A stretch of 64,000 bases of DNA from Octopus vulgaris (lineage: Eukaryota). The position numbers and the translations under genes were made by a program. The stretch spans positions 113,150,001-113,214,000 of the forward strand of contig OX597816.1 of NCBI GenBank assembly GCA_951406725.2, in the 5' to 3' direction. The notes under the pieces are model-generated. The model was not told where the DNA came from and ran no database searches. It saw only the letters and a program-made list of their open reading frames with translations. Positions 1 through 14,089 of this stretch are shown here, piece after piece (the first letter of the stretch is position 1; each line of letters begins with the position of its first letter).

Positions 1-152
1 ATTATAATATTGTGTGAAAAGCAGAGATGATATAGCCAGACATCAACTGACATCTATTTAAATCCTGTTGATTTTCTATTTCATTGCTAATTATCTAACA
101 GCTGGAAATCATTTCAGTAGTAAATGTATAAAATCCAGATTTCATATATAAA

Positions 153-275
153 TGGCTTAGTGGTTAGGGTATTGGCTTCGTGATCATTAGATTGTGGGTT
201 CAGTTCCTAAACTAGGTGGCATGTATTCTTGTGCAAGGTACTTCATTTCACTTTGCTCCACTCTACTCAGTTGGT
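153..275 (+). mobile_element. Degraded tRNA-derived SINE (family C in this window)
   Basis: A-box-like tggcttagtggttaggg, B-box-like gggttcagttcc, and a body similar to 11729-11860. Confidence 0.6.
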
Positions 276-418
276 ACAGCCAACAGTCCTCTACATCATT
301 AATGTTCTGCAAGATCAAGAGTAGGAGGGCTGAGAGAGTATCTATGTCTGTTTGCAACTACATAGGCACCTAAAACAATTAGCAAAAGCATGGTAATGTT
401 ACCTACTCATATTCACTT

Positions 419-972
419 GTGATATATATATCATTTAATGTACACGGTATAAAGATACGAGGTACTAATACTAATGTCTAGGTAGGTTTTTACAACATGC
501 TTTGTATCTCCCAACAATCTTTGGGCTCTGAGGACATGGTTGTCTATTTGAAAATCAGGACGTAGGTTCATGAAAAATCTCTAGAAAAAGGTCAATGCAA
601 AAAGTAAAAGGGTGAATAAAAAAGAAAAGAAAGAAAAGGAAAGTTGAGTCCCCTTTGACCGTAAAAGCCATAATAAACCTAGTTGTAGAATGATTCGATA
701 GAACGGAGACCAAAGTCTGTGAGATTCTTTTCTTTTTCCATTTTTATTCACACTTCCACTTTTTGCATCAACCTTCTTGTTTTTTCTGGTGATTTCTCAT
801 GTACCAGCATCTTGATTTTCAAATAGAACAGATCATGTGCTCAGAGCCAGCAGATTACTTGGTGACACAAAGTGTGTTACAAAAACCTGCCAAGACACGT
901 GTTTCCACAGCAAGGAGCTATTAATAGCTTGTATCTTTATACTGTGTACATTAAGTGATATTTATATTTCAC
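419..972. mobile_element. Foldback / MITE-like element with long imperfect terminal inverted repeats
   Basis: 419-~650 is the degenerate reverse complement of ~725-972, e.g. gtgatatatatatcatttaatgtacacggtataaagatac vs gtatctttatactgtgtacattaagtgatatttatatttcac, and ctatttgaaaatcagga vs tcttgattttcaaatag. Confidence 0.75.
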
Positions 973-1150
973 TGGATAGTGTACTTTTTTTGTTGAGCTT
1001 ATCTTAACAGAATGGTAAACTATATACTCAATTTTTTAAAGTTTAGTTCTTATTTTATCAGTCTTTCATGCCAAAACACTAACTTACAGGGACATAAACA
1101 AACCAACACCAGTTGACAAGCAGTGAAGGGTTAGACACACATGCACATAC

Positions 1151-1298
1151 ATGGGCTTCTTTCAGTCTCCATCTACTAATTCCACTCACAAAGCTTTGTT
1201 CAGCTTGGGAAAAAGGAGACACTTGCTCAAAGTGCCATGCAGTGGGACTGAACCCAAAATGATGCTGTTGGGTAGCAAACTTCTTAGTAAAATGGTTT
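1151..1298 (-). mobile_element. tRNA-derived SINE family B (CORE-like ccttgggcaagtgtct body), partial
   Basis: Reverse complement of the 3685-3850 head/body (gacacttgctcaaagtgccatgcagtgggactgaaccc). Confidence 0.75.
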
Positions 1299-2799
1299 TT
1301 CTTTATCATCGAATTAAAAATCCTTAAATATAACAAACCTAATAAGGAAAGAATTGAAAATACATGAAATGTTTCTCAAAATCAAGTTTTCCAATTTTTG
1401 CTGCTGAAACTCTATTATTTTACACAATGCGCAATGTTGACTTATAAAGTTAGCAATAAACACTAAAAAGATTGTATGTTTGGGTTTCAAATTTAAAATT
1501 GGAATGTCATATTTTCCAGCATGCGAGTCAACATAGTATATAGTATAAATATACACTATACAGAAATTTTGTCACCATCTTTCCAAATCCCGTACCATTT
1601 CACATGATGTTTTTGGTCCTCTAAATTCAATTTGGTGTATAAGTCAAACTACTTTTATTGTTGTAAATATTGGACTTAAAATCTTTGACTTGTATATGTG
1701 AGAATACAGAATAACTACTTCTTTGAACAAAACTCAGCATTTTTCTTCTAAATATTTTTTTGTATCATGTAAAGTTAATGCTCTGGAGAAGTAACTATTT
1801 GTCACCAGAAATCCCTTCAAAAAACGTCCAAACATTATACTTAAAGTTGTACAAGAATGACAGATCATTTGAATATCTACAAAATCTCTCTGCTTATTCA
1901 CTGACAGTTCTTATGGCTTCTAGTTTCTCTGTTAATGTTTTACACAATTCCATGAAAACATTGATAGTGGAAGAAAATTAATTACGTTTCTGAGCCAATT
2001 CTTTGACAGTCATTGAATAATCTTCTCCAAGTGCAGGTCACTGTGTAGCTAATAATATCAACTTTTACATGTTTTCTAGAATATGCTGTATCTGAAAACT
2101 AATGACACCATTCTCAATTTTTCTCACATGCATAATGTATATATATTTCCCATGATCTTGTGGAATGTTTTGTTGGGTCTGTTGGCACTATTTACCAAAA
2201 CTTTTAATGGATTATTTGTATATATAGTGAGGCATAATATATCTTCCTAAATATAACTGTTTTAAACCTAACAAGGTTAATAAACGTGTTATTGGGATCA
2301 AATGCAGAACCACATCAGTGTAAAGTGAACTTCTTAACCACACAGCTTTACTTACCTGTACTAGTTGGGAGGAATACAAATAAATGTCTTAATTCTACAT
2401 CCTCATTAATGAGTTAACAAAAATACTGTACAAAAACAATGTAGATAATTGACAAGAATAATCACTCTCGCATGTGATGATTGTATCTAGTCATGTGTAT
2501 GTAGTGGGTTTGTTTCATTACCAAACAATTGTTCTCATCATGTTTTTAGACAAATAAAAAATATTGGTGTATAGACACACACAAACATATTAACTTATAA
2601 TTGCTTACAGACGCAACCTGCTTCTATCTTCTTGTTTTTTTTTCCTCTTCCTTTTTCAAAATAAAACAATTAAGAGATGAAACCAGGACACTGCTTGGTA
2701 ATTGTAGCTTTCAGCTAATATGAATAAATATACAATACTCTACTTCAAAATAAATTGGTATTCAGTCTTTAATTCAAATTTGTAGTGTTATTCTCTAAG

Positions 2800-2830
<31 letters not shown>

Positions 2831-2900
2831 TGTATGTATGTATGTATGTATGTATGTATGTATGTATGTATGTCTGTGTGTGTGTGTGTGTGTGTATGTA
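2800..2900. repeat. (TATG)n followed by (TG)n microsatellite
   Basis: Read directly from the sequence. Confidence 0.95.
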
Positions 2901-3284
2901 TATAAGTGATAATACACAGAACACATGATATATTCATTTGTGTGAGGAGTAATTAGTTGAATGCATGATGTATTTTCTAACTGTTTGGGCAACCAATCAA
3001 TTCTCAATGACTAAACATATTTTGAAGTGTTTAAGAATATTTTTACTCAGACCAGTAAAGTTTATGTGCAATAAATTGGCTATACATCTACAAAATATGA
3101 AATATTTTAACAATTTTTATACAAGTCTTAATGATATTCAATTATAAAAATATTATAGGATTTTTAAAGCAGTGAATGGTTATAGGAGTCTGCTCAAGGA
3201 AAATAAGAATCAATGGGATCCATAGGTAAAAAATGGTTGAGAATCCCTGTTCTAGATGATGAATATGATGGTGATTATATGTGT

Positions 3285-3680
3285 GTGTGTGATTATGAAG
3301 TTCGCTTTCCAATGACACAGTTTTGGGTTCAGTCTCATGGTGGAACCCTGGGCAAGTGTTTTCTACTAGAGTCCAATACCAACCAAATTTTTGTAAGTGA
3401 ATTTGATAGAAAGAAACCAAAAGAAAGTTGTCTCATATATATGTATATATGTTGACATGCGTTAGTTTGTGCCGCATGTTGATATCAAATGATAGTGGTG
3501 AATGAGTGTGTCTGCCATATAAGTTCTCACTCATTTCCTGTCTTCCATGGAAACATGTCTTATCTTGGAGAAATATTACCTTGCAGGGAAACAAGTGATG
3601 GTTGGTGACAGGAAAAGCATCTGGTCATCGAAAATTTGCATTAAATTCTGTGTGAGCCATGCAAGCGTGGAAAAGTGAAC
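3285..3680 (+). mobile_element. SINE family B, old copy with a long RTE-type tail
   Basis: Body gggttcagtctcatggtggaaccctgggcaagtg; tail ...gacaggaaaagcatctgg...ccatgcaagcgtggaaaagtg. The same tail occurs at ~12660-12915 and ~60130-60333. Confidence 0.7.
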
Positions 3681-3684
3681 AATA

Positions 3685-4068
3685 GGCACAGGAGTGGCTG
3701 TGTGGTAAGAAGCTGGCTTCACAACCACATGGTTCTGGGTTCAGTCCTACTGTGTGGCACCTTGGGCAAGTGTCTTCTACTATAACCTCAGGCCAACCAA
3801 AGCCTTGTGAGTGGATTTGGTAGACAGAAACTGAAAAGAAACCCGTCATATATTTATGTGTGTGTGTATGTGTTTGTCCTCCCTACAATCACTTGACAAC
3901 TGATGTTGGTGTGTTTCTGTCACTGTAACTTTGTGACTTGGCAAAGAGACTGTTAGAATAAGTACCAGACTTACAAAGAATAAGTCCTGGGGTTGATTTG
4001 TTTCACTAAAAGTGGTGCTCCAGTATGACCACAGTCAAATGACTGAAACAAGTAAAAAAATAAAAGAA
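3685..4068 (+). mobile_element. SINE family B, full-length copy
   Basis: Head ggagtggctgtgtggtaagaagc with B-box gggttcagtcc, body ggcaccttgggcaagtgtcttctactata, internal (TG)n, tail gactgaaacaagtaaaa. Same architecture as 21957-22293. Confidence 0.9.
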
Positions 4069-5357
4069 TCAATTGATGATGGCAGAGACAAAGTGAAGAG
4101 TATTGGCCTCAGCATTTTATTTATTGACTGCTCCTACCCCATCAAAAGGAAAAAAAAAACACAGATTAAAGGTAAGGTTAACCTGAGGGAATTTAAATCA
4201 GAGTCATATAGCGCATGTTCAAAATAAAGCAAAAGCAAGGATAAACCTTCTATGTCAGTTCTGAAACTGTTGGTGATAGCAGCAAAATTTCTCTCTTATG
4301 CACCATACCATAAAAGGAAGTTACATGATAAGCTGTGCCTGAAAAATAAAGACCTAGAAGACATAGAATAGAATGTTTATGGTCACAGGTTTGCTGGAAA
4401 GGGCCACTCAGGGGCCTTTTCAATACAAAACCTTATCTGATCGTGTTGTATAATTATTATCAAGCATTAGAAAGAGAACTAAAAGGGGAGTTTCTTCTAT
4501 TTAAGTGATTAATGCTCAAATTGTTATTTAACCCCAGGTCAACACTAATCAGGAAAACTTTTGATTAAAGGCATTCCAATCATTACCAGCATATCTTTTA
4601 TAGGTTTATTAAACTACATTAACTTTTTAAAACTAATTAGATAAGATTTAAGGTAGATTTGGTTACTATTTCTTGCATGTCTTCCAACCAAGTTGAAGTT
4701 CACTCTTTAGTTCATTCAAATGTATTCTGCACACATGGTACTGAGCTATCACTAATAGTTATGTGTGTAAACGTGTGTGTAAGTACATTAATGCAAATAG
4801 AAGTATAAATACAAATATACTTTTATACACACATACATTATGCATACTTGCACATATCTATATAGAGGGAGAAAGCTTTTCTATTAAACATATAATTACT
4901 TTTTGTGATGTACTTTACATATAGAGTAGTTGTGCTTAACGATAATGTTTGTTCACTTGAGTGTATGTGTGTGTGTAATTGGGTATCACATATTGTATAT
5001 ATTATTAACTTAAACAATTAAATAACATCTAAATATATTTTACTTTTGCTTAAATTGATATTATATTGCTTACATACTGTTTTCTGGCTGTAAAATATTC
5101 AATTTAAAATTACCAACTGCTATTCAAATAATAGCAATTAAATTTAGTCTAAGTGAAAAATTTGCAGAAATATGGTTCAGTTGGAGGAAATGGATTTTTT
5201 TTCAAAAGTAATTATAAAAGGTATTCGAATATTGGGTTGGTTTAAGGAGCTAAGCCATTAAACTGAAATTAAATGCGGAAGCTTAATCTAGGATCCAGCA
5301 ATCTCATTGAGCTAGTATGGAAATGATATGTCTGGCAACTCCAGGGAAATTAATTCT

Positions 5358-5583
5358 TTAACCCTTTCGATACCAACCTGGCTGAAACCGCCTCTGGCTC
5401 TGTAATACAAATGCCTTGTTTTCATAAGTTTTGAATTAAAATCTTCCACCAAACCTTAGTCACAATTTATGTTCCTAATATCAGCTTAACAATAACTTAT
5501 TTTACTAAATAATTTGTTGTATTTAAAATTAATTGAAATAAACACAGAGCATCTCAAAATAAATACAGTAACGAATGGGTTAA
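5358..5583. mobile_element. piggyBac-type MITE (TTAA target duplication, CCC...GGG ends)
   Basis: ttaa-ccctttcgatac ... gtaacgaatggg-ttaa; a second copy lies at 27599-27815. Confidence 0.85.
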
Positions 5584-5799
5584 TATATTTGTCAGGTTTT
5601 TGAGGATATACACAACCTCCATAAGGGAAGATAAAATTATAAAGCAGTTCTATATTTCATAGCCTTTATCCAGGAGTGCATCTATCCAACCTTGACAAAT
5701 CCTTACAATCTGAACTTCTTAAAGCAAGCGTAAAAGCACGGAAAACATATGTCATGCAAATTGATAAAGGGCTTCTAAATTTATAACTACTGATATTTG

Positions 5800-5839
5800 T
5801 TTATTATTATCATTATTATTATTATTATTATTATCATCA

Positions 5840-5870
<31 letters not shown>

Positions 5871-5892
5871 TATTATTGTTGTTGTTATTATT
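5800..5892. repeat. (ATT/ATC/GTT)n microsatellite
   Basis: Read directly from the sequence. Confidence 0.95.
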
Positions 5893-6989
5893 GCTTGAAA
5901 AGGATTCCTTCAGTGTTGAATCTTTCCTCTGTTTCTAAAGTTCAACCATTGTAGTATTATTTTCAGAAAAGACTTATCTCACATCTGTGTCAATTTCTTT
6001 TTTTATCTAGTTTGGCATACATGTAAAAAAAAAAGATATCTAATTTATTTATTTCACTTTTATACAAATAACACATATAAACTTGTATATAAAATTTCAA
6101 AATGATAAGTGACAAGTTGAGAATTTATGTTGTGTTAATCAGATACTTTCGTTTATAGATAAAAAGAAATATCATTTTTTGTAAGGCAATTAAATCACTG
6201 ATGTGCTAAGAAGGTTACATATGTAGTATGAGCAACTTATATTGCTTACTTGTCTTGTAAATAAGCCACATTTTATATTCTATTTCTGCTTATAAAGATG
6301 TGATAACTTACTTTCTCTTAGGCATGAGAGAATATATCTCTGGTATAAGGCACTGAAATCACTATATGTACACAAAGATTCTGCTTAATTGTACTTTTTC
6401 GTGTGATCCACATATAAAAGTAGTGCAATTTAAGATATTTTATTATTAAAAGTATAAAACAAACACAAAGAGCTCTTATCAAAAATAAAACAAAAAAATT
6501 GTCTGCAAACTTCTGTGTTACTGCTTTCTCATTTATTATTTTTCTCTGCGGACATCTGTTTTATATTTGGAAATGTACTTGAAGAAAGTGTTTTACAGTT
6601 GGATACTATCCCTTATAATAAATTATTATTGGATTTATACCAATTTTCCAGTTAGACTAGCAGTTCTAATAAAGCAAATAATACATCTTAGTCAAGAGCA
6701 TGTTTTAATATTGCAATATACTCTAACCTCTTAGCTTTTAACGTTGAGATTCTAACAGCCATTTCTTTTTAATTAAAGATTTCTTCACATTGTTGTGGAG
6801 TTCCAGAACACATTTGTCATTTGAAGCTATGTCAAACTAGAATATCTTTATTGACAAGATCTTTTCCAGTACGCAAGGAAGAGAACTGTCAGTGGGCTCT
6901 TCAACTATTTTATGAATCTTCCAGTATAAAAAGTTAAGTTAACCACAATGTCTTTAGGGTTTCTTTTATAATTACATTCACCTCTAGTA

Positions 6990-7135
6990 TATTAAATTGA
7001 CCCCATTACTTCAATGATACTTTACTTTATCAATCCTGAAACGATGAAAAGTAAAGTTGACCTCAACAAGATTTGAACTCAGAGACAGCTGAATATTGCA
7101 AGCATTTTGACTGAAATGCTAATGAACCTGTCTAT
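6990..7135 (-). mobile_element. Degraded SINE family A
   Basis: gatgaaaagtaaagttgacctc...gatttgaactcag matches the family A body. Confidence 0.65.
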
Positions 7136-7684
7136 CTGCTACACACTGCTATTTGATCTCAGAATAATAAGGTCAATAACTTGATACAAAAATGCATTTA
7201 GGCTATCTAGCTAACAAGATAGATAAAATTAGAAATAGTAATATTTTTAAAAATAAGTTTACTGGTTAAATTTGTTTAAGATTGCAGAACATACCCTTAT
7301 ACATTTTTCTGCTTGTCAGTGCTTATTTTATATAGATATTTCTGATTTGTGCATGTTAGAAAGTTGTTTACAAGCTTAGCATTGAATGAAAATCTTCAGT
7401 TTATAGCTAGTTTGGGAAAAATCCAATATTAACTTTGATATTGACCTTAAAGTATTAGTATTCTTTTCCATTGCTCCAAGTAAGAGATAATACAAAGATT
7501 CCTCATTAAATATTTATGTGGAATAAAAAGATATTCTTTTGAAGATAAAATTAGAAATTTACATAATCACATAAAAAATATGATAAATCCAAACTGAAAT
7601 AGACAAAAGCGATGCAATACACTTGCTTGTTAAATGATAGGCACGGTCTGCATTTCCTTTCTTGTTGATGACAAACGTAATATG

Positions 7685-8800
7685 ATTTGCCCTTGACATC
7701 AATAAAGCTTTCAAATGAATTTAGCAATAGAACCTTGGAGCTAAGTTACATGCCAATAAACTCTTGCTCATCTCTGGTTGTTGGATTTATACCAATTTTT
7801 CAGTTCGACAAGTAGTTCTATTAAAGCAAATATTATGCTTCAGCCAAGAGCATATTCTAATATTATAGCATGGTTTAAATCTATGACAAATACTTCTTGG
7901 CCCTTTGGACACTGAATATCTGACAGTTATTTCTATTTAATTAAAGATATCTTCATGTTGTTAAAGAATTGGATCAGATATTTTTCCTATCAGACAGAAC
8001 ACTCCAGTGTGTGATAACTGGAATCTCTCAGATATATACTTTCTTGAATGTGTTATATTCCAGAATCAATTTATGTCTTTAACAGTCTTATTATTACTGT
8101 TACTTTTAACCATATGCAACACTATACAGATAATAACACCCTTTAATTCTCTTTAAACCTTCACACATAATCTGTTGTAGCATGTTGGTGAATGAGTCTA
8201 TCATTCTATAGATGTCTTGAGCTAAACTTGCACTGATTGTTCGAAAGAAAACTTTGAATATACTTAGATGACAACCTTATCTTCTACAGCATAATGTCAT
8301 ACCTGTTACACACATATATATATATCAAGAAAGTATACAGGTAAAGCCCACAGAGTCACTTCAAATGCTAGAGCTCACATTCTTCAATGATTTCTCATGG
8401 CAACTGCATTTATAAAATTACCAAAAACAAACCTTTATCCTTCAAATTGAGCTTCCTCTTTAGGCTCAGAAGAACTTCAGCCCTTATCAGTTGCTGACCT
8501 GCTATTAAGCTAATTTACACTGTAAATTTGAGTATTGTTCCTATATCTGAATTTGTATTATTGTCATAAACACAAACATTCTAAACTACACCCAGAAAAT
8601 AGATATCAAACTGATTGGTAGACTCATTTACGAATATGCTACAACCTACCTGATGAATGCACTGTTTCTTCTTTCTCTCTCCTAATACTACTACAACATC
8701 TGCTCCTAAAATAGCAAATTGAATTCCATCTCTACTCATTCCATTCAATGCATCTGTCCCTCCTTGTCTCACCATGCCTAGATTATTTCACTTCTCCACA
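7685..8800 (+). mobile_element. Highly decayed CR1/Jockey-group LINE reverse-transcriptase remnant
   Basis: At ~7688, ALDINKAFK*I*Q*NLGAKLH resembles the ALDISKAFDRVWH..LL.KL RT motif. C-terminal-like patches lie near 8600-8740. Segment 7781-7966 has a diverged second copy at 6629-6800. Confidence 0.5.
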
Positions 8801-10747
8801 CACCCTTCATCAAATAAAAACTTTGCTCAATATTCTTTCATTTGAAAGTTTATTCCTGCAGACATCTACATACATAAGTCTATCATGAACATTATTAGCA
8901 TCAATCTCATCAGTCCGGAATTGCTTTGTTTTAACTCTTCATGAAAATGCATTTAAATATAAACTATCAGATATGTTGTGGATAATGTATCTGAGTATTT
9001 AGGCTATCAGTTTTGCTGTCAATGCAAGCTGACAGCTGGAGTATTTTATAAATGAAAAAAGAAAGTGAAAATAATCATTACCTGAAAGGTTCAACTGGTA
9101 ACCGAGAAATACAAAGCTAATGAAAGTTCCTCAAACAATAACATATCAATGGGAAAGAACATAACTGCATTCATGTTGATAAAACTTCAAATACAGTAAG
9201 TACATTAGGTAAAAAGTTAAAGTTTCTTACTCTAGAAAAATCATCAATAATGTGGATATCTCCTTTACATAAATTCATTCAGTTTGATGTACAGTTTAAA
9301 TGAGTGGCCTGAAGCTTATTTGCAATTATGAGTATTTTATTTACATTGGTGTAGCAGATATTAAAGAAAAGCTTTTGTTTTCTGACCAGCCCCTTTTAGA
9401 AAATTGATTTTATGGTAGTATTTGATGACTTGAGCAAATAGTAATTGCAAAGACAAGATGATTGAGTAGATAAAGTATTAGTCATAAGTTTGGTGTATTT
9501 CTGGACAGGGCATCTCATTCTACATAACATAATTTAATGTAACTGTTAGTAACAGGTACCAAATTATCTGACAGTGTTATCCGTGAAAGGCTTGTGTCCT
9601 ATTTGCAACATTATCTCTCATCTGTTTCACGCTACAGTACTCAAACTAACATCAGCTCTTAAGGAATCCCCACTAAGCCTGGAAGGCATATTCTTTTCTT
9701 TCCTGTTTTTTCAAAAATTGTTATTGACCCTTTTTGTTTGTGTTAAATCTGTCTTGCCTGGAGACTCTTGTGTTTATATTTCTCATATTTAAGTATATAC
9801 TTATCTGTTATCTGTTATATCATCTCACCAACTTATAACAATCTTTTAAATTTATTATATCCATAATCCATGTAAAATGTTGTGGCCTTGTTGCAAGTAA
9901 CAATTATGTTATGTAATGAAAATACTGTCTACAAATTTCTCACAGTTATATATTTATAATGGGTCTGCTCAAATTCACTTCAACCTATTCAGTACATTGC
10001 ACATGCTGATTAGGACACTTTTAAATAGATTACTTTTAAGCAGTAATCACTAAAAATATTTCCTGCTTATTAATAAAGCTATTAATTAAAATGCTATCAG
10101 TCTCAAATCTAAACTAGTATCCCATTTCCTACCTTAGATCTTTGCCTTTTTTTTTCTACTTATTCCTTCTAGCCTATATATTTAGTCTTTCATATCTAAT
10201 CTTCCATTTTCAGTACAACCGTATTATCTCAGTTTTTTTTCTTTCTTTCTTGTAAACATCATTGAAGCATCTTAATGTTCAGCTGTTTCCACTTTTGTCT
10301 AAGTTTCTTAAGTCTGTTCTTGGTAACTACCATTTTTCAGTCTGTGAATGAAAAATTTGCTTTAACAATTAAATATCTATCATCTTTCGTACATAATCTG
10401 CCCATTCCAGTTGGATGTTGGTTGATGCTATGCACAATGCTACCTAGATTGACACCTGAAGAACACTAACATTGAATTATTTTGACTTTCATATGTGATG
10501 TTTAAGTTTCTGGTAAAACCATCTAAGCCTTTTAGATATTTACTGTTCACAGTTCAGATTTCTGCAATATTAATGTCATTGTCAAAGAATTCAATTTTTC
10601 AAGCTTGTTTCTTATAATTTTCTAAAGAATCTTATTGACAGATTCTACTTTTTCAGACTATTACATCTCATCTTCAGAGATGAAAAATCCTTTAATATTT
10701 GCATCTAAGCTCCATTGTAATTAGTTTAAGAAATAAAGGTTCCTAGT

Positions 10748-10969
10748 TTAACTCCATAGCATTAAGATTACTCTGTCAAATGTAATGCTTATTTATTTAT
10801 GTTGTTTTGAATTACTCATGCATTATGTCATAGCTTCAAATTTCAATGATGTAACTATTTATTTTGAAAGTAACATTGTTGGGTAGGTATGAAAGGCTGA
10901 ATCTAGCCAGTTTGAACATAGGTAGAATATTTGGGCTGGATATGGTCAGTTTAAATTCTAAAGGGTTAA
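10748..10969. mobile_element. Second piggyBac-type MITE family, degenerate
   Basis: ttaa-ctccatagcatt ... aattctaaaggg-ttaa: TTAA flanks and imperfect TIRs around a ~220 bp non-coding core. Confidence 0.55.
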
Positions 10970-11728
10970 ATACAGTTTCAAATTATGTATCTGGTAATGA
11001 TTAGAATGTAAACCAATGTAAATGTAATGTAAATGTAAATATTGAAATAATGTTCCATTTCTAAGACTGAGGTTAATGGTTCGAAAAAAAAAAAAAGTCT
11101 TATTAACAACAAACATAGCTCAGATATTTAGGCTTTCCTTGACAATGTTTGCTTACATCAAAATTCTTGCTTGTAAAGTAATTTGTTATATTTCCCAAGG
11201 TATTGATGTTAATTTCATTATTAAATCTCATGTATGTGAATGATATGTAATGACTACATCGGCACTTTAGTTTTGATTGTATTTCATTCCAGGTTCAATT
11301 TCCCATTAGCTTCTGTAATCACCAATAGTTATAAATTTGCTGAAGAGATGTAAATGCAGTAGCAGAGTTGATATATTTATTACTTTAAGTTATTGTGTGT
11401 CTGGAAAGAGAGAGGGCGGAGAGAGAGAACCATTACGCAGTCTTTCAACCTTTGCATCCTGTCAAACCAACCCATGCTAGCATGGAATAAGAATGGTAAA
11501 TGATGATGATATGTATATGTTCATACACATACACAAACATGAGAGCTGGAAGCATGGATAATAGTAACTTCAGTGACTATGGCATGGCTGATAGACAGGT
11601 GAGTGATAAAAGAGAGTGTGATAAGAAGGGTGAGTGACTGATGTTTTAGAGGGATGAGTGGCTATCAATGAGGTCAGTGACATACACATATATGCCTTTT
11701 ACGTATTCACACTTACTTAAAGGCTTAC

Positions 11729-12048
11729 ACGCGTGGCTTAGTTGTTAGGGCATTCGACTCAAGATTGTAAGGTCATGAGCTCAATTCCCAGCGACTCGTT
11801 GTGTCCTTGAGCAAGAGATTTTATTTCACGTAGCTCCAGTCCACTCAACAGGCAAAAATGAGTTGTACCTGTATTTCAAAGGGCTGGCCTTGTCATACTC
11901 TGTGTCATGCTGAATCTCACTGAGAACTATGTTAGGGGTACATGTGTCTGTGAATTGCTCAGTCACTTGCACGTTAATTTCATGAGCAAGCTGTTCCGTT
12001 GATCGTATTAGCTGGGACCCTTGTCATCATAACCGACAGAGTGCTCCA
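11729..12048 (+). mobile_element. tRNA-derived SINE family C, near full length
   Basis: Head gcgtggcttagttgttagggc...gagctcaattccc and body gtgtccttgagcaag...ctccagtccactca. The 3' part recurs at ~50795-50935; the head/body recurs at 153, ~29580 and ~40880 (-). Confidence 0.8.
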
Positions 12049-13351
12049 TTACACTATGTGTACATATAAACATATACGTAAATATGCTTACATATACACA
12101 AATATAAACATATTTTCACCATGCCTGGATTTGTAAGTAGTTTTATGGATACTCTCTCCTTGTCTCGTTTTCACTGTACTATGTTGCTAATATGACTAAG
12201 GATAGCAGATCTTTTCAGCTTACTCTACATTGCTTCCAGTGTAACTAGGAATGCCATAGGACCTATCTAACCCTCTCTCCAACACTCATCTCCTCAGTCT
12301 CTCATGTTTTAGTTTATACTGATTGGACCTCATGCAAAGCCATGTAGCTCATACACCCTATCTGAACTCCCTGCTGGCCACTTGGTATTGATATTCATCA
12401 TTCACTCTTATCATCATTTATCCAGCTTTTGCTATCCATCATTCTCTCATCCCTATGCCCTCAAGTGTTGATGCTACAACAAAATACACCCAGTTCACTT
12501 TTCTAAGTGTCAGGTCGGGAAAATCCTTTAGTTGTCACACACCTCTCTTGAGCTGGTACCACAAAAAAAGTTATGTGCACAGTTAATTCTATAAAGCATT
12601 AGGAAAAGCATGAAGCCATAGAAATTAAACCAAAAATGAGCTACTGTTCATGTATGTAAATGTGTTTGTGTCTCCTTGTTTAGATATCACATATAGTTAT
12701 AAGTGAGCATGACTCATACTGTCATACGAATGGTGTCTTTCCTTTCAAGTCTTCTCTAACAATATGTATGGCTAGGGACAATTTTCCCTTACTTGGAAAG
12801 CACATAAGAATTGGTGGCAGAAAGGGTATCCTACCATAGAAAATCATCTTCCTCAATGAATTCCATCTAACCCATACAAACATGCAAAAGTGGGCATTAA
12901 GATAGTGATGATGGTGAAGAGGATGTGTGTGTCTTTGTGTTTGTGTGAGGGATTTTGTATTTCCTCATCTACATATGTGTTTCTCGCATTGTCGTAAACA
13001 ATGGCCTTCCTTGCTAACAGTGTTATTTATTTGTAGTCCACTATGAAAACATGTCTGAGTTCTTGACATATCTTGAGATGTTGCATGATCTTTGCAAATA
13101 GAAGACTCATTTAACAAGTGCCATTTGTTTCCATTTCCACACATAAACATATCTGGGCTGTTTGTCATTTAATATATCTACATGTGTGTGTGTTTGTGTG
13201 TATGAGTAAGTGGAGTAGTGATAGAATATTTTTATTAACAATTTAGTTTAGCTCCATATTACTTAAAGTTTCATGGGCATGTAGAATGAGATGGGTTCCC
13301 ATGATACTTGATGATTATATATATATATATATATACACACACATACATACA

Positions 13352-14089
13352 CAGGGTAGGCCATAATGATGGGACACATTTTAAATGCTAGTATCTTGGA
13401 TTGTAAAAAGGACATAGAGAACCGAATATATTTATTACATAACTGATATATATGAGTTCAACATATTATCTAAGATTTAAATATTACATCCTAGAGATGG
13501 TCACTACTACGAAGAGAACATTCACAAGCTCACTTTCTCATATCAAGCACACTGCTAAGCATATCAACTGGAATGGCTGCAATCTCTCTACAGATGCTTT
13601 GTTTTAGTTCTGCTACTGTGGGTGGTGGGGGGCATCTTGTGTATACCCTGTTACAATTGCTGTACCTTGTATGGATACAAGTGTAGATCATGTTTTAAAA
13701 TCCTTCTGACAATAGTTTGCAAACTATTCAGCTGTTGAGCCAATCAATATGTGAACTTCGAGAGACTTTGTTCAATAGTGTTCCCCACACTTTGGCAGTT
13801 CTCTGCACTGTGAAACATTTGAGGTCAACTTGGGAAGTTTTTGTTTTTGTGGTATTGCCTGAGTCACGGTAGTTTGTAACAGCACACAGGATGGTGCCTG
13901 TCACTTTCCAAAATTCTATTGAAATTTTCTTTAGGCTGCAAATGACAGATCTTTTGCTGGTGAAGTATGTTTCAACCACATATGCAATTTCTTTTGGAGT
14001 CCACGACATTATGAGATTCACTAACTACCTGTAAAAATAGTAAAATCTAAGATAATATGTTGAGCTCCTGTATATCAGTATATATCCTG
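13352..14089 (-). mobile_element. Internally deleted Tc1/mariner-superfamily DNA transposon fossil
   Basis: ORF 13728-14021 (MSWTPKEIAYVVETYFTSKRSV...TILCAVTNYRDSG) resembles the DUF4817-type N-terminal HTH. The minus strand at ~13480-13650 reads PTVAELKQSICREIAAIPVDML...HL*DVIF, like a Tc1 C-terminus. Inverted subterminal repeats at ~13441-13478 and ~14043-14079; CAGG...CCTG ends. Confidence 0.75.

Noticed and set aside
1750-2200. Possible minus-strand RT remnants (RYSNDL here; FFDNDINIAE near 10560-10590)
   Set aside because: Only single degenerate YADD-like motifs; too decayed to call or delimit.
11729-11800. tRNA-like sequences with A/B boxes (here and at other SINE heads)
   Set aside because: No intact cloverleaf; each continues into a repeated SINE body.
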